Shown: piece by piece, positions 1-12,973 of the stretch
How positions within the stretch are numbered: the stretch's first letter is position 1
How the letters are laid out: each line of letters opens with the position of its first letter
NCBI RefSeq assembly: GCF_000485595.1
Contig: NW_014577063.1
Location: forward strand, 3,727-48,543
DNA: 44,817 nt
Reading direction: 5' to 3'
Origin: Priapulus caudatus
Taxonomy: Eukaryota
Program-made: the position numbers and the translations under genes
Notes under the pieces: model-generated
What the model was told of the DNA's origin: nothing
Databases searched by the model: none
The model's input: only the letters and a program-made list of their open reading frames with translations

Positions 1-33
<33 letters not shown>

Positions 34-444
34 AGAGGGCGCGAGAGAGAGAGAGGGGAAGAGAGCACTTCTGAGTGATCTCTCTCTCTTTCTCACATGG
101 CGCGCGCTTAAGGGCGAAAAGGCAATCGCGCGTGATGGCATTTTAATTAAACGTCACCACGGACACTTTGCACTGCCAAACAGGCCAAGAAACTTTGTAT
201 CCCTACTTATGGAGATCGCTTGGCTGAGAAAGGATGACAGCAAATACATGTGTGAGAGATGGAGTGACAGGGGTAGAAATTAACTTTGGAACAAGGGAGT
301 CCAACCTACCCTCAAAAAGACGGAGTCCGCAGCAAAATGAGGGAGTCCGCAGTCTGATGTTCAAAATTAAAGATATTANNNNNNNNNNNNNNNNNNNNNN
401 NNNNNNNNNNNNNNNNNNNNNNNNNNNNNNNNNNNNNNNNNNNN

Positions 445-630
<186 letters not shown>

Positions 631-688
631 CTCATGAGATGTATACACCAGGGACGATACGCGGCGGCGACCCCGGCATGTGAATTAC

Positions 689-959
689 CTTCGGTGACTT
701 GTCGGCGTGCCGCTTGCGTACGGCCTGGATGAACCACGGGTCTGCGTACATGCTCGGCGGGTTCAGCCGCGGCGGGTGCCCGCCAGCAGGTGGCGCCACC
801 ACGCCGTCGCTGTTGAACTGCCACATGGGGGCGCCGTGCTCTCGCATCCGTCTCCGCGCGCCTCCGTCGGGTGTCGCGATCGACCGCGTCGAGAGTTCAG
901 CGGCGGCGGCCGTCCAGTGCCGGGGGCGTGGGGACGACCATGGCTCGCTGGGGTGACCG
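689..959 (-). CDS. Orphan exon of an unidentified minus-strand gene (..MWQFNSDGVVAPPAGGHPPRLNPPSMYADPWFIQAVRKRHADKSPK)
   Basis: GC-rich 271-nt block, acceptor ctcgtctttcttcgcttag, donor aag|gtaatt, 90 open codons. No family recognised. Confidence 0.55.
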
Positions 960-1886
960 CTAAGCGAAGAAAGACGAGTGCGGTTACAAGTCGGTTACCG
1001 ACGATCACGAAATAGCCTCGAAGACGGAATTTCGAAAATGATTTCCAACCGGTCTTGTGTTCCCCCCCCCCACCCCGACTTTTACGATATTTACCGTTAT
1101 TGCGCTTATGTACCGTACCGATGACTGTCTACAGTAACGCTGACATGAATTAGAACCTTCGTACTTAGCTACACTCTACAACACATTTACGATTTGAATT
1201 TCGATTACTTGCTTTGATTTCCGTCACCATTTCTCGTGAAGCTAATATTTTAAATTGCACCCAATTCACTACACAGATTCAGATGCTATTTTTTTGAATT
1301 AGGTGCACTGTTGTTGCACTTGTTTTGAAGGTGCCACTTGCAAATTAATTGTTGCTATAATCAAAAATGCCCCGGTGGTACAGTGTGTTTAATTCTAGTT
1401 TGCGACCACGGCCCACGGCCACATTTTTACATACATGCTAAACCAAGTTGGGGTGGCTGACTAGGACTGGGCCGGAATCACTCGAAGCGTACGAACATTC
1501 AACGGTTCTCGCATTACAATTAAAAGAAAAAAAATACATACAATACAATAATCCTAGTTTGGGACCACGTAAATGTGTTTTCGCATATGTGTGAAATTAA
1601 TCCGGGGTGCTAAACTAGGCTTGAGTGCAGTGGTTACACCATAACGGTAAACTATTAATAACAAACAATTTACATTGTCTAAGGGATTGCAACACAGAAG
1701 GAATGTTTAGCGATAAACCAAATTGACAGATCAATGATCACCACGGCTGAGCACAGACGAAAAAACAATGGAAATAGTCACGCCTTTTCTAACGCAATCT
1801 GTTTATTACTGCATCAGTGTTTATTTGTCAGGCTGAACAACGTAACACTGTCCTTTAATGCAATGAAAATGTAAATGCATCGTCTG

Positions 1887-2512
1887 CACTGGCACGCGGA
1901 ACAATATATCATTTCAATAGTAAAATGATGGTAAATAGAGACGACGGATCTATTTACTACCAAAGTCTTATTGTTTCTCTAGGCACTAGGCCCTACTCTC
2001 TTTCGCCTATTGTTGCCGATAATTTCCTGTAAAGGGGTGGACACACTAGGCGATTTTGTCCAGTGAGTCGCGGTCGATTTTCGAGTCAGCCGGCCGAGTC
2101 GCCCGATTCAAACATGTTTGATAATTATTTGAGCCGGCCGACTGCAATCGCCTAGTGTGCCGGGTCTGCGATTGAGCCGGCCGATTGTAGAATTCATCAG
2201 CCAATCAGCGTGCTGAAAATCCACAGTCGCCCGACTCAGTCGCGTAGTGTGTCCACAGAGCCGCCCGACTGAGACGGCCGGCTCGATCGCATAAAAAATC
2301 GCGTAGTGTGTCCACATCCACAGCTTAAATGCCGTTCAAATGCTCCTATGCAAGCGCACACACGCCACTGTGCACAAACAACAAGAATATAGTCTATATA
2401 TATTACCAATAATAGGCGAAAGAGAGTAAAGTAATATTAGGACTTCGGTAGTAAATACATTTCGTGTTTGTTTACCATTATTTTATGATTGAAAGTTTCT
2501 AAGTGCCTGTTG
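1887..2512. mobile_element. Degenerate long-TIR (foldback-like) MITE, same family as 29218-29646
   Basis: Inverted arms tctatttactacc..tactctctttcgcctattgttg / caataataggcgaaagagagta..ggtagtaaataca..aagtgcctgt. Confidence 0.65.
2033..2325. mobile_element. PIF/Harbinger-type MITE nested in the foldback element
   Basis: TIR gtggacacactaggcgatttt / aaaatcgcgtagtgtgtccac; TAA on both sides (2030-32, 2326-28). The uninterrupted site ctgtaaatgcc is seen near 29340. Confidence 0.8.
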
Positions 2513-3059
2513 AGTGTTGTGATCGCCTGTTGCCGGACGATAACAACAACGACCGCCGGACCGGATGAATAGTGACGAAGGCGATGCCAATCGAAACTAC
2601 GCGAAAATATAACCAACTCGCTCCTAAATACACGACGAACTGAATTCAATCAATATAACATACCCTTATGTGCTATACGATTGCGAGACCTACCTCGACT
2701 TTTTTTGCAATCGATGATAAATTCCTCACAGTTTAGACTTGCAGTGCGTAACGTTTGGCGAGAACGGCCATGTTCAACTTTTCGTGCTCTCGCAGTCTCG
2801 CGTGAAAGTGCGAGAAGGCAATACTTTGTATCTTGTATCTTGTATCTTGGTAACCTCGCTTGTATTTCACAAGGCACTCGATTCTACGAGGAATACTTAG
2901 ATAATATCTGGGGGCCCTCGTCGTAATCTCATCGTAAATAAAAAATAATGGTCTTCAAGTTCAGAGTCCATGGTACTACTACTATATCGAAGACGGAAAT
3001 ATCTACACAATATAATGGTGCGCAGACGTTATCCGGCTAGCTCGCATCACAGATACAGA

Positions 3060-4862
3060 CGCGCGCACACACACGCACGCACGAACGCACGCCCGCACGC
3101 ACGCGCACACGCACGCGCACGCGCACACACACACACACACACACACACNNNNNNNNNNNNNNNNNNNNNNNNNNNNNNNNNNNNNNNNNNNNNNNNNNNN
3201 NNNNNNNNNNNNNNNNNNNNNNNNNNNNNNNNNNNNNNNNNNNNNNNNNNNNNNNNNNNNNNNNNNNNNNNNNNNNNNNNNNNNNNNNNNNNNNNNNNNN
3301 NNNNNNNNNNNNNNNNNNNNNNNNNNNNNNNNNNNNNNNNNNNNNNNNNNNNNNNNNNNNNNNNNNNNNNNNNNNNNNNNNNNNNNNNNNNNNNNNNNNN
3401 NNNNNNNNNNNNNNNNNNNNNNNNNNNNNNNNNNNNNNNNNNGCCAATACACACGCACATGCACACGCACATGCACACGCACACGCGCACGCACACGCAC
3501 ACGCACACGCACGCATACGCTCATAGACACGCACATGCACACGCACACACACACACACACACGCATACGCTCATAAACACGCACACGCACACGCACACGC
3601 ACACGCACACGCACACGCACACGCACACGCACACGCACACGCACACGCACGCATACGCTCATAGACACGCACACGCACACGCACACGCACACGCACACGC
3701 ACGCATACGCTCATAGACACGCACATGCACACGCACACGCGCACGCACACGCACACGCACACGCACACGCACACGCACACCCACGCATACGCTCATAGAC
3801 ACGCACATGCACACGCACACGCACACGCACACGCACACGCACACCCACGCATACGCTCATAGACACGCACATGCACACGCACACTCACACACACGCGCAT
3901 ATACACGCTCTGGCACACGCACACTCACACACACGCGCATATACACGCTCTGGCACACGCACACGCTAGCACACACACACACGCTCATATATACAAGCAC
4001 AGACACACGCACACCCACGCATACGCTCATATACACATGCAGGCACACGCACACCCACACACACGCTCATATACACGCACATGCACACGCACACTCACAC
4101 ACACGCGCATATACACGCTCTGGCACACGCACACACACACACGCTCATATATACAAGCACAGGCACACGCACACCCACACATGCGCGCATATACACGCAC
4201 ATGCACACGCACTCCCACACTCAATATCATATACACGCACAGGCACACGCAAACCCACACACACGCACAGGCACACGCACACACACACACACACGCTCAT
4301 ATATACAAGCACAGACACACGCACACCCACACAATACGCGCATATACACGCACATGCACACGCACACCCACGCATACACTCATATACACGCACATGCACA
4401 CGCACACTCACACACACGCGCATATACACGCTCTGGCACACGCACACACACACACACACACGCTCATATATACAAGCACAGGCACACGCACACCCACACA
4501 TACGCGCATATACACGCACATGCACACGCACTCCCACACTCAATCTCATATACACGCACAGGCACACGCACACCCACGCATACGCTGATATACACGCACA
4601 GACACACGCAAACCCACACACACGCATACGCTCATCACCTTGACTTCTTGACCTCCTATAATACAGCTAATAAATTATGCTAACTAGGTCAATACTACTC
4701 AAGGGCTTTGGGAACTGAAGCACTTAATCATTCCTGTATGTAAATCTAAAACGTAAGGGAAGCATCATTAAAGAAGTATTATATAATATCACAAAAAGCA
4801 ACACATTAAGGAGAATTTGGCATTTATTTTCGAAGATTTCTTCACATTTACCTATTATTTAG
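3060..4862 (+). repeat. CA/CACG-rich compound minisatellite with a conserved ~230-bp tail; related copies at ~10790-11540 and ~19860-20597
   Basis: The tail ttgacctc(c)tataatacagctaat...cctattatttt follows all three arrays. Confidence 0.85.
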
Positions 4863-4875
4863 GTGAGAGGTGAGA

Positions 4876-5282
4876 TGTTAATGTGGCCCGGCATGTCTGT
4901 GCGCCCCCCGCCCATCACAAACATCGTTAAGATTTACCCCAGGCTTCACATAACCCGTGTGTGCATCGTGTCCGTCTGGTTTTATACAGCTTCCTTACGT
5001 CTGTGTATATATGATGCCTGCGTGAATGTGTCTATAGGCAAGTCGGATCGTGTCGTTGTCGAATCGTATTCGTAATTCCGTGTGCCGCCGGTGAAATGTA
5101 GTCGGCGCTTTACGGAATTGTCACGTGTCAGTTTCGAGCTTTATTGAGTGTTTGGTAAATATTTATTATCGTGTTGGTATCCGTAATGAAGTTATGCTCA
5201 TTTTGTATACGAGTGTTTTGCCTTTTGTTATTCTGACGAGTTTGCGTTAACTATTATTCATCAAGGATTGGTTGAAGGAACA
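4876..5282. mobile_element. Solo LTR (BEL/Pao- or Copia-like)
   Basis: TGTT...AACA termini, exact 5-bp TSD TGAGA (4871-75, 5283-87), 407 bp, internal TATA-like tatatat. Confidence 0.65.
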
Positions 5283-6250
5283 TGAGAGATGATAACTATT
5301 AGAGCAGGAGCCACACATACATACATAGATACATACATACATACTAAAGCGTAACACGGACGCAAAAGTTATGTTAAAAGACCAATTAAGCTCATTATTT
5401 GCGGTTTAACTTAATTTTGTTACTTATGATTTTTGATCTCCGCATGATGGAGCCACTCTGCAGTTTCAAACAGAACTGCCAGATGCGCTAGTGCGCGTCA
5501 AGGAGCTCCTTGCTGCGCGTCGGCTACGCATTACTGCAGAGCAAGGCCTCACAGAGCACGATCACTCGGCTCAATTACAGGGCAGACATTAAAAATCATT
5601 AAACTATCACACACCTATTGTAATTATTCCATTCTACTATCGGGTAGAGTGGGTGCGTTTATGGTTGGTTACGTTCCTGCAGGAATTGCAATCATTTGTG
5701 TTGTTTAGGAATGTTGAATGATACTTGGGTGCTGTAGCCTCGTTGCCAAGAACTACCGTTGCTCAAGACGTTTTGTGAATAATCAAACCAACGATCGTAG
5801 CGCTACCAAGATCTCACGCGATTTGTAACAAAACGTGCGGCATTCATACTTTAATTGTTCCTATCTGTGTCAACATTTCTGTGGTCATCCTAATTATTTT
5901 TCTATACATATAAATGCATAAGTAATTAACATTACCCCTGTATAAATTTAGCATGACCCTAATTACATGACGTCATTGTGGAAATAATTACCGTGCTAAT
6001 ATTCTCGTTATATCAGTTATCCGTGTTTGCCACTGCGCAACGCTAGCTAGCAGGGTTCACTATCACGGCGGTGAGTGGGGTATAAGTATATGAGTATATA
6101 AGTATATGAGTGGGGTATAAGTATAAGTATAAGTGGGGCGAAGTTGCGTGCGATGGCATAACAGTGTGTGTTTATACGCGTGTTGGATGTAATATGTAAG
6201 ACTCGTTGCGCCACAGGGTCCTGGCCCCAAATCGCGTGCGTGTGTGTGTG

Positions 6251-6812
6251 TGTGACCTGGCAACGAACATTTCAATAAAGCTAATAATTTTTACTTAAAT
6301 TCAATACAGAAAATGTCTGATATACAGAATACAAAGGGTGCGAATGCTAGAATCTGTAATGTCCACGCGAATGCTAGTCTGTAATGTCCACGCGAATGCT
6401 AGTCTGTAATGTCCACGCGAATGCTAGTGTAAACAGGAATGCGAGTTCATGTAGAAATGATGAAGAAGATCCAAACTTGTGTGGTAAACTGTACAACCTT
6501 TAATACTCATACACTGTGTAGCCACATCATCAGACAATCGCACAAACAGACAAAGAACGCGCACACGCGCATACGCGCGTGTGCTCAGCTCCGCGGCCAG
6601 AACCCGAATCTCCAATCCTCCTACTGTTACATCTCTCCCTATATATTCCCCCAAACTCCTACAAACATACTGCCCGCACATGTACCCGTTCTCACAGACT
6701 ACGTCCTACCCCAATTTCACAGTGACCCTCTAATCTGTAACCTAACCACGTTTACCATTATCTCTAATACAACAATGTAGCAATGACCCTCTCTAGCTAT
6801 AGCCATGTCACA
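6251..6812 (-). mobile_element. Probable solo LTR (Gypsy-like)
   Basis: TGTGAC...GTCACA termini, flanks tgtg/cgtg (1 mismatch), minus-strand TATA-like and ATTAAA motifs, internal 25-bp tandem repeat. Confidence 0.5.
6340..6428. repeat. 25-bp tandem repeat, ~3.5 copies
   Basis: Unit gcgaatgctagtctgtaatgtccac. Confidence 0.9.
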
Positions 6813-6981
6813 CGTGTAAAACAGATGTTACATCTTTTAGCATACTAGAATCGCTGTGAATTCAATCGAATTCAATTGAATTCAATCGAATTCAAGAGGA
6901 AGGTGAGAAATCATTGCATTTTACTCAAAAAAACCAACAATTAATCAATCATCAATTTTACAAATCAATCAAATCAATCAA

Positions 6982-7067
6982 TCGTCGGCGAGAGCGGCGT
7001 CGTCGGCGAGAGCGGCGTCGTCGGCGAGAGCGGCGTCGTCGGCGAGAGCGGCGTCGTCGGCGAGAGC
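6982..7067. repeat. 18-bp tandem repeat, ~4.7 copies
   Basis: Unit tcgtcggcgagagcggcg. Confidence 0.92.
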
Positions 7068-8180
7068 CAGAAAGAGTAAACCATGGGCAGACAGCAATTG
7101 TAACATCGCAAGAGCCAAACGGAAATTTATACACCCAGCCGCAGAGGAAAGGATTTACGGCAGGTCCCGCGTAGCGCGCCCGAGGAGCTAACAGCATTGA
7201 AACGGCACTACGGCTTTTTTCAATCTGTTGCTCCTCCGCAGTGGAATTGCGGGCGGCTTCTGCGGGCGAGCCGGTCGTGGTATGTCGACCCCGACACGGG
7301 CCTACCTACCTTTTACCTTAGCATGGTGGTCCCGAGCTCTCTTGTGATGTGTCCATTTGTTGCCGCGTTTACGCTTCATGGGCGAGCGACGACAGGGTTC
7401 GGCTGCTGCTGTGTCGACCCCGCCAGCGGCTGCTGCGTCGGGTGGCGCGGCTGCGGGTCCTGCCGGGGCGTTACTCGGCCTAAAATATAAATACAAACAC
7501 CATATACTATCATGGCAAATGGGTTTTATAAGAACATAATAAATATTAGCATACTACTATATAATACTGCTATTTAACTACTAAATGGTCATTATACAAT
7601 GCTAGACACTTACCCAGCGATCGCAGCCTTGAAGTGCTGCATATTAACTCTCGTTATTAACTAAGTTCTCCTCGTTAACAAAGTCGACAATTCGACGCAG
7701 AACGGTTTTGACGGTTGGCGTGCCTGCCATATATACACGTTAGTGGTAGACCCAGGAATGTGTGAGGAGGGGGGCGTGCATCCCAGTAGCAATGGAATTT
7801 GGTTAGACGGCAGTTCGTATGGCCTTTAGCAAGCCCTGAATTTAAAAGCAATATATAAAATTGAAGTATGAAATGCGCAGAAATGACTGCATCAATGTTT
7901 TCCTGCTATTAATTATAAAGCGGGGACGACCATCACTACCCCCGGTCAACCCCACCCCCGGTCAACTCTACCCCCGGTTCCTAAAGTCGACCGGCACGTG
8001 ACGTCCACGTGATCTGGCAAGCACGCACGGGCTTCGCTCTTAAACGTTTAATCAGACTATTACAAATAAAACCAGCCAGCACGGCTGCATACTTTTGCTG
8101 TACATTGCGACCCGACACTGATAGACGTGTAGAAGCATGATTCACAAATACACACATACACACATACACATACACACATA

Positions 8181-8223
<43 letters not shown>

Positions 8224-8313
8224 ACATACACACATACACACACACACACACACACGCACGCGACGGCCTGCCCGGAGTGACACGCACGCACGCACGCACG
8301 GGCACGCACGCCA

Positions 8314-8353
<40 letters not shown>

Positions 8354-8360
8354 CACGACA

Positions 8361-8394
<34 letters not shown>

Positions 8395-11300
8395 ACACCA
8401 CACACACACAACCACCACACACACACAACACACACACACACAGCACACACACACCATACGCACGCAACGTACGCATGCACGCACGCACGCACGCACGCAG
8501 GCACGCAGGTACGGCACGCACGCACGCTCACACGCACACACGCAACGCACCACGCGCACACACATATATAGATATACATAGAAATACGAAAAAGTATTAT
8601 ACCGAAGAAAAAAACGCGCCTGCGAAACAAAATATCGCTCGTGATTTCTCCTGTTACAGTTAACAGGCAAATACGGTGGAATGCGGAAAACCTATACTTT
8701 ACATGTTGTTATTATCAATCCTGTGATACTCAGTTAGATCTGATCATAATATGAACCAATTATGAGAGGCAGAATGACTGGGGTTAGTACCAATACGGTA
8801 TTGATCACTGTCACACGTGTCCATCATCGGTAACCTTTTGTCGTCATGGAGTTATTTCTCTCGTCAGTTGTATTGTATATGCGTAGTAAAAATGCCTGTA
8901 TTGTATTGTATTATTTTCGTATCGTTTTAGTATTATATTGTTGTGTATTACTTAAGAATTTCAGTATTTTAACAGCTTTTTATAGCTATTGCAACGATGA
9001 TTTTTATAAATGAAAAGACTGTATTACTGCTGTATTGCTACGATTTTGGGGTTCTGTCGTGTATCGTCTGCACACTTATACAAACGACTTCAACGTCCGT
9101 GACATCATACAACTGTGTGCGCACGAAGCTTGACACGACCTTGACACGTCTAGAAGGTCATCATTGCTGACGAGGAGGCTTGCAGCTTCAGCCTAAACAT
9201 GCGTGGAAGATTAGGATAGCTTCCTTTAGACGTGAGCACGTGCACAATTCGCGTGTCCCCTGTGGCAAGGTCACGTTGGCGAGTGAGTTGGTAACGGGAG
9301 ATATATATATGAAAGTTGCCAGACAGTATACTGACGTGGATATATTCTTAGATTGACTTCGTATTTTCTTGGATTAATTATAAATACTTTGTAATTGGCT
9401 AGTGTGTCTAGTAAAACGCAATTATTTAGCCAAGTGCTGCATTATTCCGTGTTTCTGATTTTGTCATTGTCGTCGTTGGCCAGAATGACACCGTGTCTGG
9501 CAGTGGAGGTACAAGACCGGACGTGTCACCGCTGTGGGACGATTCACGGCCTGATCAACCACCCACAAGCGGATAACGATATAATATATTTATTGTCACG
9601 ATAAACGCAAGGGCGACTTAGGCAACAATAACTACATTCCGTAGATTAAAACAAAGAGGAATACAGATTTCCTTGTACATATAGACAAATGTCATCCGCG
9701 ATTGCCTATTCATGACGTCACAAACATTCTATAACAACATGGCACCTATCAGTGGGGTCACAGGTCAACGGGGTTCATCGTATCATCAATACACCTGACA
9801 TGGCTGATTGTGTAAACATTGAGTTGATACGTATGATCGATGCACCTGACCACTCCCATTCTGCGAAACCGCAAATCGATTTTCTTATCCGAACCGTAAA
9901 ACCTCCGTGCGCTTTCATCTGCACTTATAGTTTGGTCGCTAATTGTTAGCTGTGGCCGTCGGTCGCGGCCTCACGCTACAAAATAAACTTGTTATTTGAG
10001 CTGTTTGTTCCAGTGCGCGATCAATAGCAACGAGAACACAAACTTACATACTTTTAAAATGAATGCATCCTCACGCAATCTGACGCCAGGCTACGATTTG
10101 GAACACTAATTAGAGCATGGAAACCATATATAGGTTAAACTCGCCGACAACCATAAATGCAGTGACAGCTACGTGACAAATGCACGTAGACAGCTAGGCC
10201 GTGTAGAAACCTAGCCATCTAGATAGACTGCAGACGCCGATACAACGGTGGCTCGACATGGCGCGGTGAAAGAGTTGAACCCCTCCCTACTCCAATTAAC
10301 TACAAGCTCGTTACGCGACCGTTTTTTTTTCTTTTTATAAAAAGAGATATAAATATATATCTGTCTGTTGGAAGTGGGTCTGCCCAGCCTGATACGCCTA
10401 GAAAAATCAGACCTACAAAATTCGCTTTGCGTCGCAGCATCTCCTACGATTGCCCACCTTAGCTCTGAGTTAACCAAGCATCTCTCTTCTTTCTCACGCT
10501 CGCAAGCGCCACGCACGCAGCGCGCACGGCAGCGCAGCGCACGCACAGTCACTACACAACATTCATCAAACCCACAATTAAGTATTGCACCCGAACGCGT
10601 ACTATATGCTACGCTAGTATATCCTTTCCTCCTGGAAACAAAATGATAAGACGATTTAAATTTGATGACACGACATCTAAATTGACATCATAATCTAAAT
10701 TGAATGGTTTTTTTACGTTTATTAAACGTGCATGTAATGAATGAGTAGGTAAAGCAGTAATGTATTATTACTCGCATCTCGCTTGTGGCATTCACACACG
10801 TCTAGCGGCGTACACACGCGCGCGCACACACACACACACACTACACACGCACGGGCACCGCACCGCACGCACACAACACACACTAACACACGCACCACGC
10901 ACAGCCGACGCACGCACACACACACACTACACAACTACGACGCGCACTACTCACGCATACGCTCATATACATGCAGCAGGCAAGCACGCACACCCACACA
11001 CACACGCGCATATACACGTACAGACAGCAACGCACACGCCCACAGCACACGCGCATAATACATGCACAGGCACACGCACACCACACCACACACGCTCATA
11101 TACAGGCACATGCACACAACACACACCCACACACCACGCTCATATACACACCCACACACACCGACTCTAATACACGTACAGGCGGCACGCACACACCCAC
11201 ACACACACACACTCTTATACACGCACGCAGGCACACGCACACCCACGCATACGCTCATAATACACGCACAGGCACACGCAAACCCCACACACACGCATCA

Positions 11301-12564
11301 CGCTCATCACCATTGACCTCTTGACCTCCTATAATACAGCTAATTAATTATGCTAATTAGGTCAATACTACTTAAGGGCTTTGGGATTGAAGCACTTAAT
11401 CATTCCTGTATGTAAATCTAAAAACGTAAAGGAGAAAAGGCATCATTAAAGAGTATTATATAATATCACAAAAAGCAACACATTAAGGAGAATTTGGCAT
11501 TTATTTTCGAAGATTTCTTCACATTTACCTATTATTTCAGATGTTGAACCCCTTATAACTCATTAAATATTTGATATTCAATTAAAAAATCAATGTTATA
11601 TGAAAGTACAAGACAAAATAAAACATAAATAAAATTTGACCTCATTTGACCTTTGATTCTCAAATTTGACCTTTAAGGTCAAATGTCAGTTTGGAAACCG
11701 AGTGATTCTGAAAGCGTGGATTATAGTGATACTTTCTAGCCCGGTTGCCAGCTTTGAACAAAAAATGCCATCAAAAGTCTTTTGAAATATATTTCCTGGG
11801 GTTGGACTGCCGACAAATCGCTGCATGACTTCGGCACCCGACATTGTTATTGTAGTACGGTGTTTTAAGCTAACAGAAAGAGAGAGGGGGAATTCAGCAC
11901 ACCACCAATCGTTCAGGGACGGCCGGCGATGGGCCCAGAAGACATTAGCTGCATACTTAAGGGGACATAAATTAACGTTTACAAAAGGCATTCTTTAATG
12001 GTACGAACACATTAACTTCCCCAAGAATGCGGGGTAGTTTATCAAACAGAGGTAGTTTATCCCAAGGGGGTACCATCGGACGGTAGTCGCGAGCGGTCAT
12101 TGAACCCACGACCCTTGACACTAACGAGGAAACAAGTCGGACGACGATAGAGAAAGATAAACGACAGGGGTTTTGGTAGAAACGGGAGAGACGTCGACTA
12201 CAGCTCGGTATGTGTACATTGTTGCTATCCGTGTTTATAATAAAACTATAGTTGTCACCGTTTACACAACCGTTACGTTCTACTGTCTACGAACCGATAT
12301 CCCACTCTACATTATCACAGCCATTGGTCCATGCGTATATACGCACGCCTGTACGCGGACATCGGTTTCGTGTCGCTTTTGTTTGCTTTAGAAATGCGAA
12401 ATTAGTAGGTAGGACTAGTAGGATATGCGACTTAATTAATTGTCACGCACCCCTGACTCTACACCGTGGCGTACGAAGTCGGTCCGCCCTGACCATTTGG
12501 CGACCTTTGTCAGCACAGCTCCACTTAGTCTATTTTCAATCTGGACCATTATCTACATTCACGC

Positions 12565-12573
12565 TATATAAAG
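12565..12573 (+). promoter_or_regulatory. TATA box of the secreted SUEL protein gene
   Basis: TATATAAAG 235 nt upstream of the signal-peptide ATG; degraded copy near 21685. Confidence 0.5.
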
Positions 12574-12799
12574 CGCGAAGAATTCTCAGAGAGGCGCGTA
12601 CACTTGAGAGCATCATACTTGAGCGCAGTATATGTTATGTAGAAGAGCCCGCGTGTGTAGGTGAACAACCATTCTAAATCTGCAGACGCGTGTGTCGAGT
12701 GTGTCAAGTGTGTTGAGCTAGGACATATATACATGATAATTGATAAGGTCATCACGGGAATAGATGCACGACAGTAACATATCACGTGGCAATACGACC

Positions 12800-12853
12800 A
12801 TGAAAATGACGTGCCTGACTACATTATCTGCCTTCCTGGTTATCTTCTGTTCG
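12800..12853 (+). CDS. Signal-peptide exon MKMTCLTTLSAFLVIFCS
   Basis: gaccATG context, hydrophobic core, perfect donor gtaagt. The last codons differ in the second copy (ttcgctgtcag), so the exit phase is uncertain. Confidence 0.72.
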
Positions 12854-12925
12854 GTAAGTGATTTGAAACGTTTCTAAATAGCGTGCGTGCGCGCCTGCGA
12901 ACGTATGTGCGCGTATGTACGTGAT

Positions 12926-12973
<48 letters not shown>

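Noticed and set aside
2970..4683. Long His/Thr/Ala or Cys/Val ORFs (also at 7981-8670, 10722-11324, 17121-17648, 19768-20374, 21970-22349)
   Set aside because: Translations of CA/CACG microsatellites, open in several frames on both strands.
6914..7174. Protamine-like RRRERRR ORF
   Set aside because: Arises from an 18-bp tandem repeat; no ATG start or splice support.
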